From a bacterium (GTDB lineage Bacteria; Bacillota_I; Bacilli_A; RF39; UBA660), in NCBI GenBank assembly GCA_029007415.1, contig JAQXHT010000051.1:1-32166 (forward strand): DNA of 32,166 bases, in the 5' to 3' direction. Shown one piece after another: positions 10,178 to 19,919 of this stretch (position 1 is the stretch's first letter; each line of letters starts with the position of its first letter). The notes beneath the pieces were generated by a model. That model saw only the letters and a list, made by a program, of their open reading frames with translations. It was not told where the DNA came from and ran no database searches. The translations under genes were made by a program, and so were the position numbers.

Positions 10178-11536
10178 TTAAGCTTCTTCTAAGAAAGCAA
10201 TATAACCTTTATATGATTCATATAAATCAAGCTTACTAGTTACTTCGTATGGGGCATGCATACTAAGAACTGGTAGGCCACAATCGATTACTTCAACATT
10301 GTAATTAGCTAAGATGTAGGCGATTGTTCCACCACCGCCTTGGTCAACTTTACCTAACTCACCAAATTGATAAGTGATATTGTTATTATCCATTATATTT
10401 CTAAGTGTTGCGACAAATTCAGCATTAGCATCACTGCTACCACCTTTTCCTCCTGAACCAGTATATTTACAAAATGCTAAACCTCCTCCTAGATAAGCTT
10501 CATTATTTTTATTGCTAGCACTCTTATATAGTGGATCATATCCCGCTGTTACATCACAAGATAGCATCTTTGAATTAGATAATACTTTGCGATAAACTCC
10601 TTCTTTTTCATCTAGTAATAAGCAAATATCTGCAACAGTATTAACAAAGAAATGTGAATCCATTCCTGTTGAACCCATACTGCCAATTTCTTCTTTATCA
10701 GTGAAGATAACACAAGTTGTTTTTCTTGGATTAGTTACTTTTAACATAGCTTCTAAACAAGCATAAGAACAAGACCTATCATCTTGACCATACCCCATCA
10801 CCATACTGCGGTCAAATCCTAAATCTCTTGCAGGAAAAGCTGGTACTACTTCTAATTCACTAGAAATGAAGTCTTCTTCTTCAATATCATATTTATCTTT
10901 TAATATTGCTAAGATATTTTTCTTAACCGCTTCTTTTTCTTCACCTTTTAAGCTCTTACTTCCTACTAAGACATCTAAGTCTTCACCAGTTACCACAAGA
11001 GAAGCGGTCTTTTTCATTTGGTCTTTTGCTAGATGAATTAATAAATCTGTGATACCTAATACGGGGTCAGTCAAATCTTCACCAATATTTATTTTAATCT
11101 TGGTACCATCTTTTTTAATAACAACACCATGAAGTGCTAAAGGAATAGTAACCCATTGATATTTTTTAATACCACCATAGTAATGGGTATCAAGATAAGC
11201 TAAATTTTCTTCTTCATATAAAGGATGAAGCTTTAAATCAAGTCTTGGCGAATCAATATGAGCTCCTAAGATATTCATACCATTCTTGATATTTTCTTCA
11301 CCAATTACAAATAAGGCTACTGATTTACCACGATTACATAGATAAACTTTATCTCCTTTTGTTAAAGAAGTAACATCATCTAAATTTTTAAACCCTGCCT
11401 CCTCTGCTCTTGCAGTGATGTAGCTAGCACATTCTCTTTCTGTTTTACAACTAGTAATAAACTCTTTATAAGTATTACCTAGTTCCATTAAATCATTAAG
11501 TTCTTTTTCATTATATTTATCCCAATTATTTTTCAT
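10178..11536 (-). CDS. M18 family aminopeptidase
   Basis: GAHIDSPRLD, YYGGIKKYQW, GQDDR, DKEEIGS, SMHAP; start at ATG 11536 (MKNNWDK) after ggagg. Confidence 0.93.
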   Translation of the reverse strand: MKNNWDKYNEKELNDLMELGNTYKEFITSCKTERECASYITARAEEAGFKNLDDVTSLTKGDKVYLCNRGKSVALFVIGEENIKNGMNILGAHIDSPRLDLKLHPLYEEENLAYLDTHYYGGIKKYQWVTIPLALHGVVIKKDGTKIKINIGEDLTDPVLGITDLLIHLAKDQMKKTASLVVTGEDLDVLVGSKSLKGEEKEAVKKNILAILKDKYDIEEEDFISSELEVVPAFPARDLGFDRSMVMGYGQDDRSCSYACLEAMLKVTNPRKTTCVIFTDKEEIGSMGSTGMDSHFFVNTVADICLLLDEKEGVYRKVLSNSKMLSCDVTAGYDPLYKSASNKNNEAYLGGGLAFCKYTGSGGKGGSSDANAEFVATLRNIMDNNNITYQFGELGKVDQGGGGTIAYILANYNVEVIDCGLPVLSMHAPYEVTSKLDLYESYKGYIAFLEEA

Positions 11537-11671
11537 ATATCTATCCTCCACTATTAGTATAACAGAATAGTAAAAAAATAATAAAGAAGTTGTTAACATA
11601 TTTTGACATAATAAGTCTTAACTGGTATTAATCTTTTTTGAAAGACATATTTTGTTTATAGGTGATACCTT

Positions 11672-12766
11672 TTGAAAAAGTTTTTATTAGTACTTAGTCT
11701 TTTAACTATTATTTTTCCTTTGTATACTAAAGCTAGTGATACTGCTAGAAGTTCTATTGTTATGGATATAGATAGTGGTAGAGTTTTATATGAGAAGAAT
11801 GCGAATGAGAAGAGATTAATTGCTTCTACTACGAAGATTATGACTGCTCTTCTTGCTCTTGAATCTGGTAAATTAAACGAGATGGTAGAATCAAAAGAAG
11901 AGATATTAAAGATGTATGGAACTAGTATTTATCTCAGTCTGCACGAAAAGATGAGATTAGAAGATTTAGTTTATGGACTGTTACTTAGAAGTGGTAATGA
12001 TGCAGCGGTAGTTATTGCTACTTACCTCTCAGGTAGTGAAGAAGCTTTTGTTAAAGAGATGAATAAGAAAGCAAAAGAAATTGGAATGCTTAATACTACT
12101 TTTCAAAATGCTCATGGTTTAGATGAAGAGACACAAAACTATTCTACAGCACATGATATGGCCCTTTTATCTAGCTATGTTTATAAGAATTTTAAAAAAT
12201 ATCGTACAATTACTAAGACTTATAAATATCAGGTGCAAACTAAAGAGAAGAGCTATCTTTGGTATAACCGAAATAAACTTTTAAAGTCTTATGAATATTG
12301 TACTGGTGGAAAAAATGGTTACACTCCTAGTGCTGGTAAAACTTTAGTAACTACTGCTAGTAAGGATAGATTAAATCTAACTGTTGTAACACTAAAAGAT
12401 GGTGATGAATATAACACGCATAAAGAATTATATGAGTTAATGTTTAATAAGTATAAGTCTTATAAGTTAATTGATAAAGATAATTTTAATATTTATGATA
12501 AGAAGTTAAAAGATAAAGTCTATATTAATAAGAGTTTCACTTATCCTCTTACTGAAGAAGAAAAAAATCATATTGAAATAAAAACTAAAGTAGATACTAA
12601 TATTAAAAAAGGAAAGATTGGTTATATTAGTATTAAACTTTACAATAAAGAAATTGGTAACATTAAAATCTATTTAAAAGAAAAAAAGAGCCAGAAGAAA
12701 AAGCTCTTTGGATTTCTAAATGTTAGCAATATAAATTTATATATTTCTAGAAATATCTGCAATTGA
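11672..12766 (+). CDS. D-alanyl-D-alanine carboxypeptidase (peptidase S11, DacB-like)
   Basis: Signal peptide; STTK (SxxK), SGN (SxN), KNG (KTG-like); TTG start after aggtga. Confidence 0.92.
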   Translation: MKKFLLVLSLLTIIFPLYTKASDTARSSIVMDIDSGRVLYEKNANEKRLIASTTKIMTALLALESGKLNEMVESKEEILKMYGTSIYLSLHEKMRLEDLVYGLLLRSGNDAAVVIATYLSGSEEAFVKEMNKKAKEIGMLNTTFQNAHGLDEETQNYSTAHDMALLSSYVYKNFKKYRTITKTYKYQVQTKEKSYLWYNRNKLLKSYEYCTGGKNGYTPSAGKTLVTTASKDRLNLTVVTLKDGDEYNTHKELYELMFNKYKSYKLIDKDNFNIYDKKLKDKVYINKSFTYPLTEEEKNHIEIKTKVDTNIKKGKIGYISIKLYNKEIGNIKIYLKEKKSQKKKLFGFLNVSNINLYISRNICN

Positions 12767-13309
12767 TGTAAATTTAAAAGCCTTTAGTCCTATTTCATTA
12801 GCAGCAATAATATTTTTTTCTTTATCATCAAAAAATACAGTTTCTTCTTTATTTAAATTATATTTATCAAGTATTAGGTTATAAATGTCATAATCTGGTT
12901 TTAGTAAATGTTCTTGATAGGAATATACTCCTCCACTAAATATGTCATCTAAATTAATAACGCTATTTATATAATTGAAACTGTCTTCTGTTATATTTGT
13001 TAATAAAAACAATCTATAACCTTTCTTTTTTAGACTTTTTATGTATTCAAAATTATTTTTCATCAATGGATATGATTTACTTAAATTATCTTTTTCTAAA
13101 ATATATTTAATAATCGTAAATTCTTTATTATCTTTAAAACCATTTATATAATCCTGAACACTTATTTCTCCTAATAAACACTTTTTGAATGTTTTACCAT
13201 AAGTTATTTTATAGATATAGTCACAATTTTTACCTAATAACTTTTCAGTATTTTCTTTGCTATCATCAAAAAGTATACCGCCAATATCTAATATAATATT
13301 CTTAACCAT
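12737..13309 (-). CDS. HAD family phosphatase
   Basis: LDIGGIL, LLTN, KPD, FFDD motifs. Confidence 0.9.
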   Translation of the reverse strand: MVKNIILDIGGILFDDSKENTEKLLGKNCDYIYKITYGKTFKKCLLGEISVQDYINGFKDNKEFTIIKYILEKDNLSKSYPLMKNNFEYIKSLKKKGYRLFLLTNITEDSFNYINSVINLDDIFSGGVYSYQEHLLKPDYDIYNLILDKYNLNKEETVFFDDKEKNIIAANEIGLKAFKFTSIADISRNI

Positions 13310-13395
13310 AAATTTCTTCCTCTCAATGTATAGGAGCCATCTTTTGAAAAGTTATTCCAGTACACTGGAATAACTTTTTTACATAACAATAGAAA

Positions 13396-14301
13396 TTATG
13401 AATTAATTTGATTAAGTCTAGTTAGATTAATAGCTGGTCTATCACAAAATCTAAAGTCGTAAACATTAACTCCTACACCACTAGTAATATAAAATTTAGT
13501 ATTGTTAATTTCATAATAACCATCTTTATATTTCTCAGCTCCTTCTCTAGTTAACAAACTACCAATCAAAGGAAGTCTTACCTCTCCTAAATGAGAATGT
13601 CCAGCGAATGCTAAATCGATGTTACTGTATCTTGCTAAAACATCATCTAAAGAATCTGGCTTATGAGTCATTAAGATAGAATAAATATTATCAGTTTTTC
13701 CTTCACTACTATAATAAGCAAGTAAAGTATCTAAGTTTTCTTTATCACTATTAAGTCCCATCAGAAGAATAACATCATCTTTTCGATAGATTAAATCATA
13801 ACTATTATCCAAGATAGTAAACCCTACATCTTTTAAAATAAGACTTGCTTGTTCTGTATCATTTTCTCCTAAAACTGCATATTTTAAACTGCTAGATGAT
13901 AATTTCTTTAACTCTTTAATTAATTCTTCCCTTTTTTTAGAATCAATACTTTCACCATTTAATAAATCACCTGTAAAAAGTAATAAATCAGGTTTACTTC
14001 TATTTATTAGGTCAACTGTTTCTCTTACCATTTCGATAGAAGCATCATGCAAATCAGAGAATGTTACTATTTTATAACCGTGAAAAGAAGTAGTTATCTT
14101 ACTACTTTCTACTCTATCTTCTTTTACTAACATTTTAACTGTTCCAATTTTTGTGACATACAAAAAGAAAGAAAAAGAAGCAACTAATATAATAATAATT
14201 ATGAGAACAATTCTTTTAATAATCTTTATTTGATGTTCTTTTTCTTCATCTTTAATTATTTCTAATTGTTTCTCCTTATTTAGCTCGCTTCTTTTATCCA
14301 T
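13396..14301 (-). CDS. Membrane-anchored metallophosphoesterase
   Basis: SDLH, FTGD, LGEND, AGHSH motifs; N-terminal TM helix. Confidence 0.88.
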   Translation of the reverse strand: MDKRSELNKEKQLEIIKDEEKEHQIKIIKRIVLIIIIILVASFSFFLYVTKIGTVKMLVKEDRVESSKITTSFHGYKIVTFSDLHDASIEMVRETVDLINRSKPDLLLFTGDLLNGESIDSKKREELIKELKKLSSSSLKYAVLGENDTEQASLILKDVGFTILDNSYDLIYRKDDVILLMGLNSDKENLDTLLAYYSSEGKTDNIYSILMTHKPDSLDDVLARYSNIDLAFAGHSHLGEVRLPLIGSLLTREGAEKYKDGYYEINNTKFYITSGVGVNVYDFRFCDRPAINLTRLNQINS

Positions 14302-14371
14302 AATATCATACCCTTTTCTAAATTATATCAAGAAAATCTCTTTTCGTACACTTAATTTTCCTATAATTCTT

Positions 14372-17320
14372 TTATATGATTTCTTCTTTATTTTCAATTG
14401 CTACTCTAACTAGTTTTGAAACTCCTGACTCTTGCATCGTAATTCCATATAGAGTATCAGCATATTCCATCGTTTTCTTTTTATGGGTGATAATTAAAAA
14501 CTGGGTTTTATTTTTATAATGTTCTAGATATTTACCAAACTGAGTAACATTTGCTTCATCTAAAGCAGCTTCTACCTCATCAAAAATACAGAATGGTACT
14601 TTTCTAATATTTAATATTGCAAATAACAAACTAATAGCAGTTAGAGTTTTTTCACCACCTGATAATAGTTGAATAGTTGATAGTTTTTTTCCTGGTGGTG
14701 AAGCGATTATCTCAATACCCGTTGTTAATAAATCATCTGGATTAGTTAGTTTTAAGTCAGCACTTCCACCATGAAACATCTTAGAGAAAACTATTTTAAA
14801 TTCTTCTTTAATTTCTTCAAAAGTCTTTAAGAATTCATCTTTCATTACTTGGTCTAGTTCTCCCATTATCTCTAATAAAGTTCCTTCTGCTTTTTCCAAG
14901 TCTTCTTTTTGATGTAGTAAAAATTCATATCTTGTCTTTACTCTATCATACTCTTCTATCGCTTGTAAGTTAACCATACCTAAATCTTTAATAATCATTT
15001 TATATTGATTAACTAGCTTTCTTGATTCTTCTACTTCTTCTGTTAATTGATAATCATTTCTAGCTTTTTCATAAGTCATTGTATATTCTTCTGATAAAGT
15101 TTGTAAATAACTATTAAGTTTAATATCAATTCTTGATAATTCTATTTCCAAGTTTTTCATTGTATCTTGTTTTTTCTTTAGAATTCTACCTTCATAAGTA
15201 TCTTCATCTTCAAAGCTAGCAATGTTACTTTTAAGAGTTTTTAATTTATTATCAAGAAAACTCTTCTTTTGTTCAAGTTTTTCCTTATAGGTACTCTTCT
15301 TATAGAAAGCTTCAATTAGTTCTTTTTCTTTTTCATCAAAACTATCAGTGGAAGCTTCTAATCTTTTAATTGATTCATTTTTTCTAGTAAGACTTTGTTT
15401 TAATTCACTATATCTTTTTTCCTTTTCAGTAATAGTATCTTTAATGCTTTCTAGCTCTTTAGCTAGATTATAGTAAATATCTTCAATTGTAGTAATTTTC
15501 TCTTCTGTTTCTTTAATATCTAATAATACTTTACTCCTTGATTTAGTTAGTGCTTGATAAGTTCTCCGTAAAGACTCTATTTCTTGTCTTATCATTACAG
15601 AACTTCTTCCTTTATAGAAAGTTCCACCCGTCATAGAACCACCTGAGTTGATAACATCACCATCAAGAGTTACTATTTTATAGCGATTAGCAGTGTATCT
15701 TGCTATTTGAATAGCACTATCCATATCTTTAGCTAAGACAACAAGACCAAATTGGTTATAAATTACATCTTTATATTTTTCTTCGGTTTTAATTTTATCT
15801 GCTAAGATACCACAATAACCATTAACTTTTTCTAACTGACTTTTTACTTCTACCGGAATATATCGTGGTTTAATGACTGTCAAAGGGAAGAAAGTTGCTC
15901 TTCCTTTCTTTTTATTTTTTAAGTTTGCAATTGCTTCTTTAGCACAAGTTTCATCTTTTACTAAGACAAAGTTTTTACTAGCTGCTATGGCTATATCTAA
16001 AGCTTTAGCATAAATATCATCAGTTGTAACAACATTACCAATCGTATCATAGATTCCTTTTAGCGATTCTTCTTTTAAAATATAGCGAATAACTTCTGGT
16101 AGATTAGAACCCTTCTCTTCTTCACTTACTAAAAAGTTAATCTTATTCTTATAGCTCAACTGGTCTTGATCTATTTTACTATATTCACTTAGGTAGTTTT
16201 TCTTAGCTATTTTAGTTGAATCTAATTCTTTCTTTTTAGTTGTTACTTCTTCTTCTTTTTCTTTTACTTCTTCTTTTAAGTTTGTAAGTTCTTCTTCTAA
16301 AAGTGCTAGTTCTTTTTTATCTTTCGATTGTTCTGTTAAAAGAAGACGTAACTCTTCTTCGCTTTCTCCTTTTTCTTTTTTACTACGTTCTAGTTTAAAT
16401 AGTTCTAAACTTCCTTCTTGTCTTACAACTTCCTCAGCAGTTTTTATTAATTCATTCTGAACAAAAGTTATTTCTTTTTGTAGTTCATCTTCTTCTTGTT
16501 TAAACTTTAAAAGCTTACTATCTCTGACATTTTCTTCTTTTAATGCTAAAGATATTTCTTCATCTAACCTATGTTTTTCTTCTTTTTTTAGTTTTTCTTC
16601 TTCTGTTAAATGATATATGTCATAAGCAAGTAATGCTATTTCTAAAGATTCTAACTTTTTCTTATATTCTAAATATTTTTTAGCTTCTTCGCTTTGTCTT
16701 TTCAAAGGAGTTACTTGTAGTTCTAACTCCGTTATAATATCTTGCACTCTATCTAAGGCTTCATGAGTACGGTCTAATTTTCTTAAAGCTTCTTCTTTTC
16801 GTTTCTTGTATTTTAAGATACTAGCAGCTTCTTCAAAGATAAGACGTCGTTCATCTTTACTTTCACTTAGTATCTTTTGTACTTCACCTTGACCAATGAT
16901 ATTGAAGGACTCTCTTCCAATACCACTATCTAAAAATAGATTTAAAATATCTTTCAAACGACATTTTTGATTATTCAAAAAGTATTCATTTTCACTACTT
17001 CTAAATACACGTCTTTTAATTGATACTTCTGTATAAGGTATTGGTAAATAATGATCATTATTATCAAAAACAAGTTCCACCGAAGCGACATTTTTCATTT
17101 TTCTTGAAGCACTTCCGACAAAGATGACGTCACTCATAGCGCCGTCACCTCTTAAAGTTTTAACTGATTGTTCTCCTAAAACCCATCGAACCGCATCAAC
17201 GATATTACTTTTTCCACTACCATTCGGTCCAACAATACAGGTCGTTTCATCATTTAATACTATATCTATTTTATCAGCAAATGATTTAAAACCATTCACT
17301 ACTATTTCTTTTAAATACAT
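14372..17320 (-). CDS. smc: Chromosome segregation ATPase SMC
   Basis: GPNGSGKSN, hinge GRATFFPL and GGSMTGG, LSGGEK, DEVEAALD. Confidence 0.96.
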   Translation of the reverse strand: MYLKEIVVNGFKSFADKIDIVLNDETTCIVGPNGSGKSNIVDAVRWVLGEQSVKTLRGDGAMSDVIFVGSASRKMKNVASVELVFDNNDHYLPIPYTEVSIKRRVFRSSENEYFLNNQKCRLKDILNLFLDSGIGRESFNIIGQGEVQKILSESKDERRLIFEEAASILKYKKRKEEALRKLDRTHEALDRVQDIITELELQVTPLKRQSEEAKKYLEYKKKLESLEIALLAYDIYHLTEEEKLKKEEKHRLDEEISLALKEENVRDSKLLKFKQEEDELQKEITFVQNELIKTAEEVVRQEGSLELFKLERSKKEKGESEEELRLLLTEQSKDKKELALLEEELTNLKEEVKEKEEEVTTKKKELDSTKIAKKNYLSEYSKIDQDQLSYKNKINFLVSEEEKGSNLPEVIRYILKEESLKGIYDTIGNVVTTDDIYAKALDIAIAASKNFVLVKDETCAKEAIANLKNKKKGRATFFPLTVIKPRYIPVEVKSQLEKVNGYCGILADKIKTEEKYKDVIYNQFGLVVLAKDMDSAIQIARYTANRYKIVTLDGDVINSGGSMTGGTFYKGRSSVMIRQEIESLRRTYQALTKSRSKVLLDIKETEEKITTIEDIYYNLAKELESIKDTITEKEKRYSELKQSLTRKNESIKRLEASTDSFDEKEKELIEAFYKKSTYKEKLEQKKSFLDNKLKTLKSNIASFEDEDTYEGRILKKKQDTMKNLEIELSRIDIKLNSYLQTLSEEYTMTYEKARNDYQLTEEVEESRKLVNQYKMIIKDLGMVNLQAIEEYDRVKTRYEFLLHQKEDLEKAEGTLLEIMGELDQVMKDEFLKTFEEIKEEFKIVFSKMFHGGSADLKLTNPDDLLTTGIEIIASPPGKKLSTIQLLSGGEKTLTAISLLFAILNIRKVPFCIFDEVEAALDEANVTQFGKYLEHYKNKTQFLIITHKKKTMEYADTLYGITMQESGVSKLVRVAIENKEEII

Positions 17321-17460
17321 ATCTTACACCTACATTTTCTATATAGATTTTACCAAATTATAAGGTATTTAACAAGGAGTTTAGACTATATAACGGTAAA
17401 TACTATATTTTTGAAAAGTTAATTTTTATTTGATGTAAAGACTATTTCTTTTTGCTATTA

Positions 17461-17531
17461 TTTAAAGTTACTTAGATTAATTTCTCTAATCATATTACTA
17501 TCCACTTTATTAGTACTATCAATAATAGATA
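17461..17531 (+). pseudogene. Remnant of small hydrophobic peptide gene (copy A)
   Basis: LKLLRLISLIILLSTLLVLSI; lacks promoter, RBS and start; 1-nt deletion before the homologous stop. Confidence 0.7.
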
Positions 17532-17532
17532 A

Positions 17533-17642
17533 TAAAAAGGCACTCTTCATCAAGATAGAGTGTCACCCAAAATCTTTTTGAAGGAGACATTCACTACCAA
17601 ATAAATGTTCCTATTTTTTTATGTTATGCAAGTTCTCTTGCT
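17533..17642 (-). ncRNA. Putative antisense antitoxin sRNA A
   Basis: Minus-strand TTGTTA(17677-72)-17bp-TAATAT(17654-49) promoter; terminator hairpin 17539-17564 with U-tract; ends approximate. Confidence 0.55.
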
Positions 17643-17728
17643 ACATACATATTAGCACAACACTTATCATTTAACAAGGCATTTTGCTACGAGAAAAGTT
17701 CAAATATTAAAAAGTGTTATCTATTCAA

Positions 17729-17757
17729 TTGGTTAATTATCTTATCTATGTTATTAT
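17729..17757 (+). promoter_or_regulatory. Sigma-A-like promoter for peptide gene B
   Basis: TTGGTT-17bp-TATTAT with extended TG; conserved in copy C. Confidence 0.6.
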
Positions 17758-17825
17758 CTTTAACAGGAACATTTATAGATGAGTGTCATCCTTCTTATAT
17801 AAAACATATAAGGAGGTGGTGATTT

Positions 17826-17918
17826 ATGAAAACTAAGACTTTTATTCTAAAATTTCTTAGATTAATTTCATTAATCTTACTACTATCCACCTTATTGGTA
17901 CTAGCAGTAAAAAACTAA
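17826..17918 (+). CDS. 30-aa hydrophobic peptide, putative type I toxin (copy B)
   Basis: MKTKTFILKFLRLISLILLLSTLLVLAVKN*; aaggaggt SD paired in a hairpin with upstream ccttcttatat. Confidence 0.8.
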   Translation: MKTKTFILKFLRLISLILLLSTLLVLAVKN

Positions 17919-17919
17919 A

Positions 17920-18025
17920 ACAAAGACACTCTTCATTAAAGTAGAGTGTCAACAACAAACTTTGAAGGAGACATTCACTACCAAATAAATGTTCCTCTTT
18001 TTTATTTTATGCAAATTTATTTGCT
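17920..18025 (-). ncRNA. Putative antisense antitoxin sRNA B
   Basis: TTGTTA(18060-55)-17bp-TAATAT(18037-32); terminator hairpin 17925-17950; ends approximate. Confidence 0.55.
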
Positions 18026-18111
18026 ACATACATATTAGCACAATACTAACTTATTAACAAGTAATTTTACTACGGAAAAAGTTTAAATATTTAAAAGTAT
18101 TATCTATTTAA

Positions 18112-18140
18112 TTGGTTAATTACTATATCTATGTTATTAT
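18112..18140 (+). promoter_or_regulatory. Sigma-A-like promoter for peptide gene C
   Basis: TTGGTT-17bp-TATTAT with extended TG. Confidence 0.6.
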
Positions 18141-18208
18141 CAATAACAGGAACATTTATAGCTGAGTGTCAACCTCCTGTCACAAAAAATAGCAAGGAGG
18201 TAGATAGA

Positions 18209-18301
18209 ATGAAAACTAAAACTTTTATTTTAAAGTTACTTAGACTAATTTCACTAATCTTGTTACTATCTACTTTATTAGTATTATCAATAAATAGATA
18301 A
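18209..18301 (+). CDS. 30-aa hydrophobic peptide, putative type I toxin (copy C)
   Basis: MKTKTFILKLLRLISLILLLSTLLVLSINR*; aggaggt SD complementary to upstream acctcct; differences from copy B are mostly synonymous. Confidence 0.8.
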   Translation: MKTKTFILKLLRLISLILLLSTLLVLSINR

Positions 18302-18407
18302 TAAAAAGGCACTCTTCATTAAAGTAGAGTGTCAACAAAACATTATGAGGTGACATTCACTTCCAAATAAATGTTCCTCTTTTTTATTTTATGCAAATTC
18401 ATTTGCT
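18302..18407 (-). ncRNA. Putative antisense antitoxin sRNA C
   Basis: TTGTTA(18442-37)-17bp-TAATAT(18419-14); terminator hairpin 18308-18333 with U-tract; ends approximate. Confidence 0.55.
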
Positions 18408-18563
18408 ACATACATATTAGCATAATACTAACTTATTAACAAGTAATTTTACTACGAGAAATACTATAACTTTTTTCTTTATCATTTTAAAATATATTAC
18501 GAAAGAAAGTAATATCACATTTTTCCATTACGTTACTATTTCTAACATATTTTGTATATAATT

Positions 18564-18594
18564 AAAAGACACTCTTCATAGAATAGAGAGTGCC
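18564..18594 (-). terminator. obgE terminator
   Basis: gacactct..agagtgcc stem followed on minus strand by TTTT, just downstream of obgE stop. Confidence 0.65.
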
Positions 18595-18607
18595 AAATAA
18601 AATTTAA

Positions 18608-19876
18608 CTAGTTATTTTTAAATTCGAAATAGAAGTCTAGTATTCTGACCATATCACCATCTTGAGCGCCCATTTCTTCTAACTTTTCATCGATTCCCAT
18701 TCTTCTTAATTTCTTAGCAAAGCGTAACATTCCTTCTTCAGTACTAAATTTAGTCATTTTGAATAGTTTTTCTACTTCTTCACCTTTTATAACGAAACAG
18801 TCATCTTCTTTTTCAATGGTGAATGGTTCTTCCTCTTTAAATTTATATAAAACATAATCTTCATAATCATCATTTTCATATAAATCGACTTCTCTATTTT
18901 TAGATACTATCTCTTCTAAGTAATCAACCACTTCTTGAAGACCAGTTTTTTCAAAAGCTGATATTGCAAAGATTTTCTTATCTTTAATATTTTCTTTTAA
19001 GATATTTAGTTTTTCTTCACTTCCTGCTACATCCATTTTGTTTGCTACAACAACCATGTCTTTTGCCATTAACTTTTCGTTAAAAGCTTTTAATTCATTA
19101 TTGATTAATTTATAGTCATTAAGTGGATCTTCGCGAGACATATCTAAAACGTGAAGTAAAACTTTAGTTCTTTCGATATGTTTTAAAAATCTATCACCTA
19201 AGCCATCACCTTTACTAGCTCCTTCAATTAATCCTGGTAAATCTGCCATAACAAATGTATCACCATTAGTTGCTCTTACCACTCCCAAGTGGGGATGAAG
19301 GGTTGTAAATGGATAATCAGCTATTTTGGGTTTTGCTTTTGAAACACTAGAAATTATAGTACTCTTTCCAACACTAGGAAAACCAACTAAACCAACATCA
19401 GCTAAAAGCTTTAATTCTACTTTTATTTCACGTTCTTCACCTGGTTCACCATTTTCAGAAAAATTAGGAGCAGTATTAGTTTGCGTTTTAAAAGCAGTGT
19501 TACCACGTCCTCCACGTCCTCCATGTGCTACAACAAAAGATGAATCTTTTCCTTTTAAGTCTGCTAAAACAAGACCGGTATCCATATCGGTTATTACCGT
19601 ACCTTGTGGTACTTTAACAACAATTGGTTCCCTACTCTTCCCATGTTGATTTTTACCTTTACCGTTTTCTCCTTTTTCTCCTTTAATTAACTTTTGATAG
19701 CGTAAATCAAGTAAAGTGTGAAGTCCTTCATCTACTTTAAAGATGATATCAGCTCCGTGGCCTCCATTTCCACCATAAGGTCCACCATAAGCGATATATT
19801 TTTCTCTTCGAAAAGCAGTACAACCATCTCCACCATTTCCTGCTTTTACTTTTAATACTACTTCATCTACAAACAT
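18608..19876 (-). CDS. obgE: GTPase ObgE
   Basis: Gly-rich Obg domain, GFPSVGKST, DYPFTT, DLPG, NKMD. Confidence 0.97.
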   Translation of the reverse strand: MFVDEVVLKVKAGNGGDGCTAFRREKYIAYGGPYGGNGGHGADIIFKVDEGLHTLLDLRYQKLIKGEKGENGKGKNQHGKSREPIVVKVPQGTVITDMDTGLVLADLKGKDSSFVVAHGGRGGRGNTAFKTQTNTAPNFSENGEPGEEREIKVELKLLADVGLVGFPSVGKSTIISSVSKAKPKIADYPFTTLHPHLGVVRATNGDTFVMADLPGLIEGASKGDGLGDRFLKHIERTKVLLHVLDMSREDPLNDYKLINNELKAFNEKLMAKDMVVVANKMDVAGSEEKLNILKENIKDKKIFAISAFEKTGLQEVVDYLEEIVSKNREVDLYENDDYEDYVLYKFKEEEPFTIEKEDDCFVIKGEEVEKLFKMTKFSTEEGMLRFAKKLRRMGIDEKLEEMGAQDGDMVRILDFYFEFKNN

Positions 19877-19919
19877 AGCTAATCACCTTTCTTTCTCTAA
19901 AAGAAAAAAAGCAGCTGTA

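Larger units (their letters stand above)
17461..18460. repeat. Three tandem ~383-bp units, putative type I toxin-antitoxin array (first unit 5'-truncated)
   Basis: Repeated blocks (g/a)cactcttcat..agagtgtc, gacattcact.ccaaataaatgttcct, ttgctacatacatattagca; peptide starts 383 bp apart (17826, 18209). Confidence 0.9.

Noticed and set aside
14372-17320. Short (982 aa) SMC as a novelty
   Set aside because: All motifs are intact, and shortened coiled-coil SMCs are known in reduced-genome Bacilli/Mollicutes
17539-17564. CIRCE operator (GCACTC..GAGTG)
   Set aside because: Spacer is 12 rather than 9 nt, outer TTA/TAA arms are absent, and the position after ORFs fits a terminator
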